From positions 62,001 to 126,000 of the forward strand of contig JAUGWO010000030.1 in assembly GCA_049724395.1 (NCBI GenBank): 64,000 nt of DNA. The letters run 5' to 3'. Under the pieces are notes generated by a model, which saw only the letters and a list, made by a program, of their open reading frames with translations, was not told the origin of the DNA and made no database searches. Every line of letters starts with the position of its first letter. Positions within the stretch are counted from its first letter, which is position 1. Below are positions 27,301 through 41,334 of the stretch, piece after piece. Both the position numbers and the translations under genes were made by a program. The DNA is from Spongospora subterranea f. sp. subterranea. Its lineage: Eukaryota.

Positions 27301-30300
27301 CCTTAGTTTCTATTCCATCCAAAATTGCGGACAGAGCTATTATTTGTAACTTACCGAATACGATTAACGCTCAGACAACCAAAATGCTGGTAGAAGTTAG
27401 TGATGGGACAGGAGCATATTCGACAGCGACGACCCTTCTTGAATTGTTTGATTCGAATCCCATTATCGCTTCAGTGTCCCCAAACGCATTTTATCTAGAC
27501 GATTTTCCTCAATTCTTATCAGTTGTTGGATTGAACTTTTATTCATCATCAACTTTGCAATGTGCACTCACATGCGCTGGATCAGGTGCATTGGTTTTTC
27601 AGGCCGATTTTGTTTCTTCTACCCTTGTGTATTGCTATGCTGCCGGATTTATTTGCCGATCACAGTTGGCCGGCCTTTCAGTATCAAATGATAATGGTAC
27701 CAACTACTCACCTACCTTCTATTTGAACCTTAATCAAAAACCATTGTTTGCTTCCGTAAGTTCTAGTTCGGTAGCTTCTCTTTCTCCATCGTATATTACA
27801 GTAAACGGAGCGAATTTTTCTCAAACCTCAACATGCATTCTCAATGGCACTGCCGTCGTGCCTATTTTCAAGTACATTTCAACATCGAGCGTAGAATGCA
27901 TAATTCCATCACACCTCTTTCCTTCCCGGAACAATGTTTCAGTCGCAGTGATTACGGATCCGCTCTTAAGCTTTAAATTGCAACGATCCTTCACATTGTC
28001 TCTTCGATATCAGTCATATATCACCGAAATCGTCCCACATTACGCTGTTGTAGGAGCCATCGAGTCGGTCATGATTACAATTCTTGGAAATGGGTTTTCA
28101 CAGCCATGGCACACCACCTTGGTCAATGGTTTCGCTGTTCCCCCATCCCAGTTAAAGGTGATTAATAGCAGTGCGATGTCTGTGTATATAACTCCTTCTT
28201 TGAGGAGTGGATCCCGAAATTTGACTATCCAGGTGTCAGAGGCTCCTGAGTTCAATGGCGTGTTCGAGGCAATTCCTCCTGTAGTCTTATCAACTGTCGG
28301 ATCAAATGCAAGTTTTGGAGGGTCAAGAATCATAATGGGTGCCTCCCCGGAAGTTTCTTCTCAGGGCGTTATATGGTGTCGGTTCACAGGATATACAACG
28401 TCATTTTTACAATCGGTTGCAACTGTAATCAACAGCAGCATGATATCATGCCTATTACCCCCAGCTTCTAACGGAAATGAAACCTACATTAGGATTGGTC
28501 TCGTTTTAGATGATTCTGTCTATTCTCAGAACTTCATAACAATTCCTATCACATCGAGCGTTTTTATCAGCCGTGTGGCCGTTTCACAAACAAAAGCAAC
28601 AATGCTTATCAAGGGATCTGGTTTCGCGGCATCACCGCCATTCGTCTGCTTAATTCGTGGTCAAAGCAATTCGTTTACCTCGAACGTTGCCACAATTCTA
28701 AATGATTTTTCCGCATCGTGTCCTGTCGATCCACCTTTTGGTAATGATCGCTATAATTTGCAAAAATAGTTCACTCACTGTTTTTCTGTAGGTTTCGAAA
28801 CGGCATCTCTTGATGTTGAATTAATTGGAAATGGGGGCGTATCACTCTATAAGACCATGCCGACTTTTTCAGCGCCACCAGCATCTGCAATTCGCGTTCA
28901 TCCTTCATCCATTGTCGCCCATTCATCTACTCCTCTTGTAATTGACTTTCTGATTCAACAATCTGGGTCCAGTTTTTGCTACTTCGGGTCTCAATCAGTC
29001 CCGATAGCGATTTCATCCACCAAGCTGTCAGGAGTGTGCCTGAGCCCAGCAAATATTTCTAGCTCGACTGTCCGCTTTCGTGTTGTTTCCGGATTTGTAT
29101 CTCTTCTCGACGTGAATATGACCGTTTTACCTGTTCCCTCAGTTTTTTACTCCATTCCGTCATCTCCAATATCGTGCCTGTCTCTTGTTGACCTTCTTTT
29201 TGTAGGCTCTGGTTTTAACTCGGCACTTCAATTCACATGTCGTTACCGTTCCACGACGACTCCAACGCAAAGCATTGATATGGTTGGCACCGTTGTTAAT
29301 GAGACCTCAGTTCAGTGTCCGATTGTATCATGTTCCGAATTCGGCAGTTCAACAGTTTCGCTGTATTGTTCCGAACAAATGATCTACAACTCTTCCATCA
29401 TCCAACTACCCCGGGAATCAACCCATATTGTTGATACGCTTCTCGGAGCACAATTAACAAGTGACCATTCTTTTATAGTACTTGGGAAGTTGTTTTCTGG
29501 CACTATCCAGTGTGAGTGGCATGCAACTGCACCATTGGCAGCTGTGATTATCAATTCATCAGCGATACGATGCCCTGCGCCTCCTAGCCTGTTACCAAAC
29601 GCATCTCTAAGGCTACTTAACTCAGATGGAACCATTCTTGCCCCAGGTTTCATCAAACTTCCTGTACTGGCAAAACTACCCTCATTATTAGCCGTTTCAC
29701 CAACTTCGGGTCCAACCCAAGGTATACTCATATTTTTATTTTTGCGAATCGCGATGATGGATTTCGTTTCTAGGTGGAACCGTTATCAATTTGTCAGGAC
29801 GTCTTCTTTCTGCCATCGCACCTAATTCTCGTTATTGCCAGTTTCGCCTTGATTTGAATTCTGCTCCATTTTCCACATCTACACTTCAGGTTCTATCTAA
29901 CACCTTATCGATTTGCACTACTCCTAGTTCTGCTGCCGGGACTGTATATCTGAGTGTTACGAATTATTTGGCTCCAATATTGTTTCGATTTTACCCGAAT
30001 ATCGTGCTTACTAACGTCGAACCTTCGCTTGCGGCATTCAATGCAACAGTTTTCATTGCCGGTGTCAACTTTATCAATACTCCTCAGCTCTCATGTTTTT
30101 TCTCGAACACATTGTCTTCAAAGTTAACTTTTGTTAACTCCACGCTTATTGCCTGCAGGGTTCCAGTCAATACAGATATTGTTGGCGCTGGTTCAATATC
30201 TGTAAGCAATAACGGAGTAGACAAATCCTCTAATTCGTTGACTTTCACTGTTACGAAGTCACCAGTATCTGTTCTTTCTATATACCCTACTCGGGCACCA

Positions 30301-33300
30301 TCATCTTTGAGTCGTCTTAATTCATTCAATCTTACTGTGTCGGGGAACGGTTTCGTCCAATCAAGCACAATTTGCAGATTTGATCTCGTTACATCCATTG
30401 CTTCAGTTTTCAACTCGAGCGTACTAACATGTCCAATTATGGATGGGGCAGAACCAATCACCCGATTTTACATTTCAAATGACAACGGCGTTACGTTTGT
30501 TGATTCAACACTGAGCATATCTCGATATTCATCCTATTCTCTGGATGTGTTCCCTTGGGTTTCCAGTTCGACTGGTGGCGCAGAAGTGATAATATCTGGG
30601 CAAGATTTCGTTGCTGACGATCAGTATTATTTCGGTTCCATAAAGGCTTCTAATTGTAGTCGTGCATCGCCTTCTCGAACGGTTTGTCTCGCACCGGTCC
30701 ATGTCGCAGGAAAGGTTGAAATTACGCTTCGCTCTGCCAGCAACGAAATACTTGCGAGTACAGGAACGGTTTTCAGCTTTGTTGATCCCCCAGCATTGTC
30801 AAGGTGAAATTTATTTTCAAATGCGGCTAGTCAATTAACATAAGTGTTTTAGGATGCTACAGGTATCTGCAACTTCCGGGGATGAGATCACGCTTGTTTT
30901 GTCATCGCCAGTTCATCCTTTCAACGCTTCTTGTCGCTTTGCTAATTCGGTAGTTGTGGCTGCCGTTGTTTCGTCGTCGAATATGGTCCGTTGCCTCGTC
31001 CCAGAATTGGTTCCGGGGAATGTAACTGTTGAATTATCGCTTAATTCCGAAATATATTCTGATCCAGTCTATTTGGCTGTAAAACCGTATTTGATGCAAG
31101 TCGAGGGGATTTCACCAAGTTGGGGTTCGGCTGTCGGAGGGTATAACATTACGATCAATGCGTTCTACGCTGGCAATCGCGACTATGCTGTAGGCTGCCT
31201 GTTCTCTGATAGTATCAGTTCGACTTTGTCTTCAGCGTACAACCACACATCGCTGTTTGGTGGTCGGGTTTCCATATTGTGCACAGTTCCGAGTGTGACA
31301 TACGATGTCGTTGTCACCGTCCAATTGGTTCTTTCTGATGGCTTTGGTATTGGCTTAATTCCTGGGAAATGTTCTTCCGACTGAAATTTCTTTCAGGGTC
31401 GATTTGGGTTCATCCCACCAAAATGGGCTTCACATATTCCGATTCTGGGATCTTGTGGATAACACCCGACTCAATGATTTCTGACTCTAATAGATCTGTT
31501 CTTACTTTGCTTATCGACGGTTTTTCGCCACGGCTTGACAATTCGGCGTGCTTGTTTGAGCGCAACGGTCAAACTCAAACTTCAGCGGTCGTGGCGATGT
31601 CCAGTGACTCTGCCTTCTGCCTTCTGCCTGGTAAGTTTTTCGATCCAATTTGATGAACAATCATATAAATGCAACCTTAGGTGGTGCCGTGGCTGGTGAT
31701 TATTCCGTTGGAATTCGATTCTCCAATAATAACATTGGAAGTAAGTTTGCTTCTCTGCAGTTGAGAAACCGACCCATTATATGGAAAATCTTTCCCGAAA
31801 CTGGAACTTCCGCAGGGGGTGAGAATGTGTACCTCGAAGGTTCGTCCATTAGAAGTAAAAAGCTGTTTCGTTGAATGTTTGACGGCAGGCACGGGATTCG
31901 CTCTGTCCTTAACTGCAACATGTCGCTTTTTGCTTTCAAGTGGTCAATTTCACAGCGATGTTGCCGCATGGCCAGTTTCGCCCACGTTACTGACATGCCA
32001 GCGCCCATCGTTACCAGAAGGCTTATACACTGTTTACGTTAGCAACGACGCCGTAGAGTTCTCAGTTCAACAGAACATATCCTTCACCACGATTGCAGAC
32101 ATCAATCTTCTCGATGTTAAACCGATCCATGGACCAATGTCTGGTGGAACGACTCTCTCGGTCTCTGGTTCAGGGTTCATCAATTCTTCCTCCCTATTAT
32201 GCGCTTTTCTCAACAGCAATGCGGCACCTTTCTACTCTGAAACGACGTTTTTATCAACGTCTTTGTTAACGTGCACCACGCCTGCAGTCTTTGAACAGTC
32301 GTCCAGCTTTTACAATGTCAGCCTGAGCATAATTTTATCTGGTACGTTCGCAAGGTGTGAATTACCTTTCTCTGATATTTTTTTCTATTCAGGCTCAAAT
32401 ATATTTCCGACAAGGTTTATTTTCCATTATGATCGGCAACCCGTGATAGCGACAATACTCCCTAATTTGTTTTATCGAAACATCGCCGGTAGGCAAATGG
32501 TAATAACAGGCGGACAGTTTTTGTCAAAAGTTTTGGATATTGCCTCCACTGTATGTCGTTTCAATGCTTCTATTAGCGTAAATGCATCTTCAATTGCTGA
32601 AAACGAAATCATATGCCCCTGTCCGTTGGGCGTTGCATCTGGTGCCTATGATTTGGAGATTAGTTTCAATGGGCAACAATACTGGAACACTGGGCATAGG
32701 TGCGTTGCCTGAATGTCGATATCTCGAGTTTCTTATGAATGTTTTCAGGATTTTCTGGACTCATGAACCATTGATTCAGTCCATCGATCCTAAAACTGGC
32801 CCTGTCACGGGGCTTACCCCAATCTTCGTCACAACTCAAGCTTTTATAAATACGGATACCAACAGTCAAATAATTTGCAATTTTGGTGACGAACAACTTG
32901 TCCATGGAATAATACAAAATCTAACAACGCTGCTCTGTATATCTCCTATTGTTGGCCAATCGGGTACGCTTACTATGTCATTCTTTTTTTTTGTCTTAAC
33001 AGTTTTGTCATTTAGGGCCTGTCAAATTAAGTCTGTATTACAGCAATACCGGTCCACATCCCTACGCTGAGGATATATATTTTTCCTTCTACCCTGCAGT
33101 ATCGTCTTTAAATCTGTATCCAGAATCTTCATTGATTTCCAGCTGGGCCAGCGTTTTCGTTCGAGTATGAAACCCTGCTTGGTATTCATGCAACGTTATA
33201 AAATTTTATAGGGGCCTTCTGTCTTCGGGGCAAATCGGACCCAATGCGTCGTTTCCGAGACTTCAACGGTCTTGCCAACTTTGTTTCTGTCCACAGATCT

Positions 33301-36300
33301 ACTTCTTTGCCAAATCCCACCAGGAATATCTTTTCCATTCTCCCTTCAGAATTCGGGAATCCACATATCTTTAACTGATGCGCCGCTTGAACTGCTCCCG
33401 TTTAAATTCTTAGTTAAGGTGAAGAAACTCTTCTTCCTCCTGCAATGGTTATCAACTATTCTATTTAGTGTCCTCAAGGGAGTTTTTGTATCGGAGGTGC
33501 AAAGTTCAAATGTCCAGCTGGAGCTTTTTGTCCTGCAACGCGCCCTAATTCCAATTTTACTGTCTGCAGTCCCGGATTTTATCAACCTGAAGGTGGGCAA
33601 AGTCGTTGTTTGGCCTGCCCAGCCCCCTTTATCTGCCCCGATTATGGTACACGAATTCCAACGGGATGTCCTGTTGGCTTCATTTGCGATGTTGCTGGTC
33701 AAAGTAGCCCGACATCTTTGTGCCCGGAAGGTCACACGTGTGACATATCGACACTTACTTCAAAGTAATTCATGCTGTTGAACGAAGATCTGCATCACTG
33801 ATTGTTTCCTCTTAGTCTGGGAAACGTATCGCCACTCAATTATACTGTCGGTAACTTACAACTTCAAGGAAGGTTCAAAAGTGCATTCCCCTTGCTGCCA
33901 AGTGATATCAAATCTAAATTTCCGATACCATGCCAAAACGGAACATACTGTGTTATTGGGTCTCCGATCAACACCGGCATTATCTGCAATCTTGGTGCAA
34001 TGTGCGGTGAAGGTGAATCCAGGCCTGAAGGTAAATGTAAACGTGAATTTCTGAAACCGGATGTAATCATCACATTTAGGTTCTGAAACTCCACCTGGAT
34101 GGTACAGTCCGTCAACTGGACTCGACATCTTTTTGTGCCCGCTTGGCCACTTTTGCCCAGGACGAGGCAATGCCGTTCCAATACCCTGCCCAAGGAAAGT
34201 TTCATCAGACATTACTTGCTCGATTTGGCATTCACATCTGTTTCTACAGGGGGAGCTATTCTGACATTTTCGGAAAAGCTGTATGTTCGCTTTGCCCGCA
34301 AGGTTATGTCTGTCCAAGTTCTGGAATGACAATTCCGCTCGCATGCCCTCCTGGTAAGAATAGTGATTTTGCGTTCATACGTCCTTTGGTGTATTTTTAA
34401 TGATCTTCAGGCCTACTTTGCCAAAGTTACGGGCAGCAAGACGAATCGCAAGAATGCCCAGCTGGGTTCTTCTGCCAAAACGGAATTCCTCAACCTTGTC
34501 CTGCAGGATCCTATTGCTTGGAAGGCGTCGGATTCAGTCAGGTTCAGCTTTGGAACTTCACTCATGCTCAAGTAACTGGCGCATTGTTCCAATGTATAAT
34601 ATCTAATCTCATAATAAGGGTTGCATGGCTGGAACGTGGTGCCTTGAAGGATCTCCTGATGTATATGGATCCGGGTTCTGCCCACCAGGCAGTTACTGCC
34701 CAAGTAATTCATCTTCCCCTATTGTGATCGTTCCGGGGCAGTATTCGTCAACAATTGCCAAATTCCGGCCAATGGATTGTCCCCCTGGAAGATTTTCAGC
34801 CCAGATTGGAGCGACAAATTGTTTAACTTGTCCATCCGGTTACAGGTACATCATTTTTATTCTTTTTTTGGACATGCTCAACTTGAACTAGTTGTTCCGC
34901 TTTTCGGATGGTTCGCCCCATCGTGTGCCCCAGAGGGTACTATCGAACTCAGGCAGAAGGCATTACTTGTGAACCTTGTACTCCAGGTCAGTTATTTCAA
35001 TGTTCCACAAATTCATATTGTCTATAGATTGAGTAAACGGAATATAGGCACGTGGTCTAATACGCTTGGTCTTGTTGACCAATCTCTTTGCGATCCCTGC
35101 CCCTCCGGTAAAGTCTGCGGGCTAATCGGAATGTGGAATTTGGAGCAGGCAACTCTCTGTGTTGAAGGGTAATGGCAGAGCGCTTTGTTGAGCGCAATTA
35201 TAATATATTCCATCAGATATGTATGTGGACAAAGAACCCACCCGGCCATTCAATTCGATATCAAATGTCCCTCTGGATATGCGTGCCCAGCGGCTACAAC
35301 AATCGAATCTAAGTATGAGTATCTGTGCCCTGCTGGCTACATTTGTGTTGAAAAGGAACGCCGTATTCCCTTCGAAATTTGTACCGATGTCCTTTGAATC
35401 GGTAAAGGAGTCGGTTTCCCACATATTCATTACTGAACGGTTTTCAGTTATTGCCCTAGAGGAACGTACAGAAAGTTGAAAAGCACGAACACTACCTCTG
35501 GCCCCGGGCTCGTCTACGAGTCTCTTCCTGGGAGAAGCAATGATAGCCGACCTGGTTTGAAATCGCCAATTCCTTCATCTCATCTTACTTATTTGTTCAG
35601 GTGATGATACTACGGTATGGGACAAATTCTGGACTGTTTGCCGTCCTTCGGACATTGCTTCTGACTCATCTGACCCAAATGAAGACTGTGATTTTTTTAC
35701 TGTTTACACCCCATTACCAAATGGAATTATCAACATCAGATACTCGCAGGTTAATTAGCTTCTAACCTTCAAGTCTTGGTTACCTGATCGTTCTTCAGGT
35801 CTGTCCCTTGGGAACTCAAAGTCTTGAAAGATCTCAGCACATAGAAGATTGCACTGTTATTCCGGATTTCGGACCTGCAACAGAGTTTTCTCCCGTCAAT
35901 CTGAATCGTATTGGGAGTGGGATATCGACGTATGTTCGCGCCCCGGTTGATTATTGGTGAGCTCAACGATTGCGATCTCGTTGTTGTTGACATATGTTGA
36001 CGTGCCACAGGTTCCAAGATATCGAACCCCTCGATGTCATTGTTGCAGATTTCAATTTCGCGTCCACCCCTTTGAACATCACATATTCTGTTCACTGGCA
36101 ACTGTCGTTTTATACGGACGGACAAGAAGGAACAAGGCGCCGTCTTCCTGTTAGTTTCGAGTCGGCCCTGACCAGTAAACACGATGATGTTCAAGTATGC
36201 TATCCCGTTGTGTCCAGTTTATTGATTCTAATCTTTATAACAGTTGAGCGTAATAGCGAGAGTCCCGATATCTTTTACATGGAGAATCGAAATTATTCAT

Positions 36301-39300
36301 GGAATCAGTTTATGGGCAGCTATGTCGTTCGTCAACATAACAAATCTCACTAGAACTCGCCCCAATCGAGCTGTCCTGGGAACAAAGGACACCTTTGTTT
36401 CAGTTCTCTCCAAGTCACTCGAGGTACCAGACTTGAATCTGTTTAATGGAACCAATTTTTCGCTAACTTGAAGTCTGCAGCTCGAATTGCCGTTGAATTT
36501 GCCTCGCTCGGATGAGTCGGATTTGTTCGTTACTTTTACGACTTCAAAACCTACTATCGTCGCGCCCTTACAATCTGACAATACTGTATGAGCCGTTCTA
36601 AGCATCTTTTGTCGGGTCAATTGATTGCAGCATTCTTCAATAGAGCACGGATTTGTCTTCTGAGGTTCCCTTAATCAATGACGATTTCGCAGATGTTTTT
36701 GTCTCAAGCACCGAGGCGAACGATTACTATGCCGACCCGTTCATGCCTTACATATCCAATTGTCGCGGTTTTGATTCGTATCTATATTTTTTTCAACTTT
36801 TTGAGAGTCACAATTGTTCTTTGATTTCCGAATCCGTAAGAGCGTGTTGAATGACTGTACGTACTGCTTGTTGTTTGATGGCGACCACAGGATACTCAAC
36901 CAGTCGGTGCATTGAATTTTGGCCAAAACCCTGTAGCCGATTTCTGCTATAACGTCTATGAATGCAGCTACGAAGAGATATTATCGTCTGTTGGTATTTT
37001 GGACCGGTGGTATATGGTAGCAATTTCTAATGAGAAATTCATCTTGGGGTCAGTATTGAGTGTCGTGTTAGGCATCCACACCAACCCCGACGTTTTACAT
37101 AACTTCTTCCCCAGTGACCTACGAACAAATCTTGCAAGGTCCCGTTGCATTAGGTTTGTATGAGCTCTACATCTTGCTGCTTTCACCGACAATTATCTGT
37201 AGCTGAAGCTTTGTCAAATGATATCGGGAGCGATTCATTGATTCCTGTCATGGCGTCAAGTCTGGATTCAAATTCGGATAAGACTCAGGTACCTCGGCTT
37301 GTTCGCTTTGAGGTTGAATATCAACAGGTTTGCTTTCTGAATCGCTCGCTCTCTCTGTGCTAATTCAGTTAGGTGGATGCACGGCGCAAGAAAATCATTA
37401 CTGCTAGCTTGTATTTCGATCAGTTCGATGTTGATAAATTTACAACAAACTACACATATCAGTTTGAGGTTAGGAAGCTGGTTGCTGTTACCCCAATTTC
37501 TGAGAACTTTTCCAGGCTGTTTTACGACCTTTAGGATACACAGAATTAGTAAATCGATTCGCTTTTGATTTTGTAGTGTATTTTACTTTATTCATCGGTA
37601 TCGGTACTGTCATGTGCGCATGTGTCGTTGTCTACTGGTATTATAACCAATTTTTGATGCTCTCTACAGTCTCTAAGTTTATGCATATAGGTCGCTGCAT
37701 AAATTGCTTTCTCGTGTCAAGTTCAAATCAACTTTTAAACTATGGGATTTCTTAATGCTGTCGGAGTCCAAGCCGTTGATTGGCATCGCATTGTTCAGTG
37801 CACCGATTTTCATAATTCTAGCTATTATAGACTTCGTTCTCATTACAATGGGTACGGTGGAAGCCTTGAGCAATGTAATACTTTCATGTTCAGCATGTTG
37901 ACAGATGCGTTTGGCTCCTATTCCGGAAGCTTCGCAAACTTCGCAACTCCTTCGTACGTTGAAGCAAAAACATACCGCGGTGGGCGACTAGCGGTCGCCT
38001 TTTTGACGTTGGGTTTTCATGGGATTTGTTTGGGATCACAGCTATTCATCCCCAAAAAAGTCATGGTGAGGCCAAGCAAATCTGCTCAAGACTTATTTGA
38101 TTTCAGGTCCGGCGAGTGAGATCAATCGAAATGAATGGGGACAGGCACGAACAATTTGAGGCCGCTGTTAACGCGGCTGAGTCTGAACCAATTGATCGAA
38201 CCTGGCATCCGCGGCTTTGGAAGCGGTTCCATTTCGTATCATCGTGCCTTTTTGTGTCTTGTATCTTAGTGTTTATGATAGAATATAGCTACTCTGTCAT
38301 GTTTTCGTACGTATTCACTCAGAAAGTTTCAATGCACGACTTTAGCCCAGTTCTATTTGTCGTTTAGCACATACACGGTTGAGATTATCATACTGCTCAA
38401 GCTTGTGTCCCCTATCATCCAATTTTCTATGAAATCGTTAGTTAAAGAACAGCTGTTAATGGCCCCCTTACAGGTTCGTACTTCGCTTTCCTAAAAAACC
38501 CACAGGTTTATCGGTCCTACTTGTCAGGCAGCTTATGGTGCTACAACGTTTGTTATGACAATGGGGGCACCCGATTTGACTGGATTCGTAACTGGTTTGG
38601 ACTTATTTTCGTGGAATATTTGTCCAACAATTCACGTTGATTTGTTAGGCTTTGTTACTGATACAGTCTTTGACGTTCTTGATTGCATGTACATCAGTCC
38701 AAGCCGAGATTTAATATCAGAAACGCTATCGAAAGCATATCAAAAAGGAGTTAAATATATAAATCGCCAACTGCGGATACGAGCAGCGAGAAAAGAATCG
38801 GATCGGTAAGAAATGCTGATTTCGTGATCCCTTGCTCTTATCTCATATTCGCGAAGCCGACGAAAGTTAGGATACGCACCTGCCACTAAAGATTTGGAAG
38901 AGGGTTCTGGAGAAGACGATCAACACGAAGAGGAGAATGATGATGAGGAGGAGGAAGTTTTAGAACCTGTAATCGAAGCCTTCAACGACCACGCCACCTC
39001 AATGATTGGTGCCACGTTTTGTCCGTTAGTATTACTAATGATGATTGTATTCCGACAAGAACTTCAGGTTGGTTAATCAGGAGCGCACTTTCACCCTTTA
39101 ACGTGTTCCCTTGCAGATTCCTATTACGTATGGCATCCGAGAAGCTGATATGGTCTATTATTTAGTTTTCGCCATCATTATCCTGCCTTACACGATTCTT
39201 TTCAATGCCTTTATAATCAATATCCTTGAACTGTTTCATGGCTTCAAGATCTATTCGTATCTCAAATATTGTCAGTTCAAGTTTTTAACAAGGGAGATGC

Positions 39301-41334
39301 GTTGGCAGGCATGCGAGACACAGATGGATATGGGTAGGATGAAGCGATTGTAGGAAATGAGCATTTTTCAAATCTGTTTTAGGCATCGACCCCTCAATCA
39401 GGTCGATTCATCAGTTCAGTTTTTCGGAGCAGTACAGTTTCAGCACAATTTTAACAACAATGGGAATGATTTTTGTCACACTTGGGTCTGAGGTCGGTAT
39501 CGTTTGCCTCATCACATATAATCGCTGCCTCACTTGTAATCCAGGCCATGGTCAGACATAGTTACAACATGTTTGGTGACCCACTAACGCCTGCTATAAT
39601 GCTTTTATCGTTGCTAGTAATCATATCGGTTTTTACGTCTACTACGTCGACTGACCTAATTGATAGCTTCAAATGACCATCGTCAAAATCAGTTGCTCGG
39701 TCGCTGACATGTTTGGCCTTTGGCGAATAAGAAACAGATTTCAGACTAATAAGAATGAATCTGCAAAGAAAAAAGTACCTTACGCAGTGATTTCACTGAT
39801 AGATTTTCAGTTACGAATCTTAGGTGAAAATTACCGATTGGGAGGAAATTGAGCACATGGCGGCATTGGCCAAAATTCAACTCCAAAACGATATGAAGCG
39901 CATAGAAACGCCAAGATTGCTGGATGACTCTTTTAGAAGTGATTTCGTAAAATTCAATCGCACATGGCTGGTGCTTCAGCTTGAACAGGTGAGATTATAA
40001 TCTTCCATACGTTCAATAGTAACAAATCTCAGATTGTCTCTCCTCGAAATGTTCGTCGCGACCGCTCTCGTGCCTTGGCCCAACTTGGTCGGGTATTGCT
40101 CACCACCAAAGGCGAGGAAGGTGCTGTTGCTGAAGTCAGTAGCGATTCGTCAAGTGGAGATGAGTTCGCTCAGCAAATGAAAGAATTTCGCTACGCAAAA
40201 GTTCCACAGATTTGCCAAACCGTACGGAGCTGGAACTTGTTTCCAAATCAAGTTTCAAACTTTTTATGCAGGTCGGCACGGGTTGGCTTGCGGTGGCTCG
40301 TTGGCGGATAAAGTTGCGGTCAATGTACGAGGAAATAACACAGACGTGGCTCGATCTGCATGGTCGGAAATGTAGCCGTTGCGAATCCACAGATAACGTC
40401 CTCACGGTATGAGGCATAACTGGTTGCTTTGTTTGACAAAAGCTTTATTTATGATTGACAGGAATCTGAACCTAACATTGATCATCTTGTCAATCGATAC
40501 CATCATATGGAAGAGGTCACAACAGTGCACGCAGTTGATGCTCTCAAATGGAAGAACTACTTGGATGCTCGTGCAGAATTCTCTGCAATGTGCAAACGAT
40601 GCATCGACGAGCAGGTAAACTAATTGCGCGCCGATACTATCGCATCTGCAAACTTAACTGTTGTTTGAAACTACAGGAAGAGTTAAAGGACGCTTTGACG
40701 AAATTGAGCGGCGTTACAAGAAAGATAGCTGTGATGTGGCTACAAACCATTCGCCAAATATTGAAGAAGCGGAAGCAAGAGGTCCACCGGAAGCAATACT
40801 CGTTGAAAAAACTGTTTACTTATGCATTTTTTTTAGACTGCGCTACGTGAGAACACTCAATACCTCTCTGACGATGGCGATAGCGATGACGATGTTGAGA
40901 CGACTGTTCGCGATGCCGCAAAAAGTATTACAGTTTCTTCGATTTCGGAGCAAATTTATCAACAATGGCTCAAGTACCAATCATATCCAAGTATCAACGA
41001 ATTTTATGCTAATGACACCGTTTACAGTCTGGTCCGTCTTAAAATTGTTGATTACCGGCGGTCAGCGGTTGCAGAGTCGATGCCCGCTGCTGTTTCTGCC
41101 ACTGCGACAATTGAAGAATCAAGCTCTGAGAGTGATTATGAATACGCTGGCCTTGATGCCGGCAATAAGAATGTAGTTGGGCCAGTATCTGATCTAACGG
41201 ATCAGCTCATCACTTTTTGGATGAACGATGCTCGATTAGCCATATATTGCAGAAAACAGGAAGTGATTGAAACGCAGCGATTTGATCATGAACCTGACAA
41301 GGGGCTCGAGGACGATAAACTCAAGAGACAATAA
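15307..41334 (+). CDS. Giant multi-exon membrane protein: signal peptide, roughly 50 IPT/TIG repeats, Cys-rich GCC2/GCC3 (Ephrin_rec_like) repeats, about 10-11 TM helices and a cytoplasmic tail (roughly 7000 aa, rough estimate)
   Basis: Repeating P-x-x-G-x-x-x-GGT-x-V-x-V-x-G-x-x-F...C-x-FG...NST-x-x-x-C-x-x-P...V-S-N-N units from 15.3 to 33.4 kb splice in frame (ttagttaag|gtg...tag|tgtcct) into CPQGSFC/CPAGAFCP/CSPGFYQP repeats (33.47-35.5 kb). A globular segment follows, then hydrophobic helices (37.56-39.72 kb) and an acidic tail ending DKLKRQ*. I saw no intergenic gap. Two apparent 1-2 nt frame breaks lie near 22700 and 27110. Confidence 0.82.

Noticed and set aside
15307..33420. Reading the many separate TIG ORFs as a tandem array of independent genes or a diversity cassette system
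   Set aside because: The ORFs I checked are joined by ~50 nt GT-AG introns in frame. I saw no internal starts with signal peptides, intergenic gaps or near-identical nucleotide repeats.
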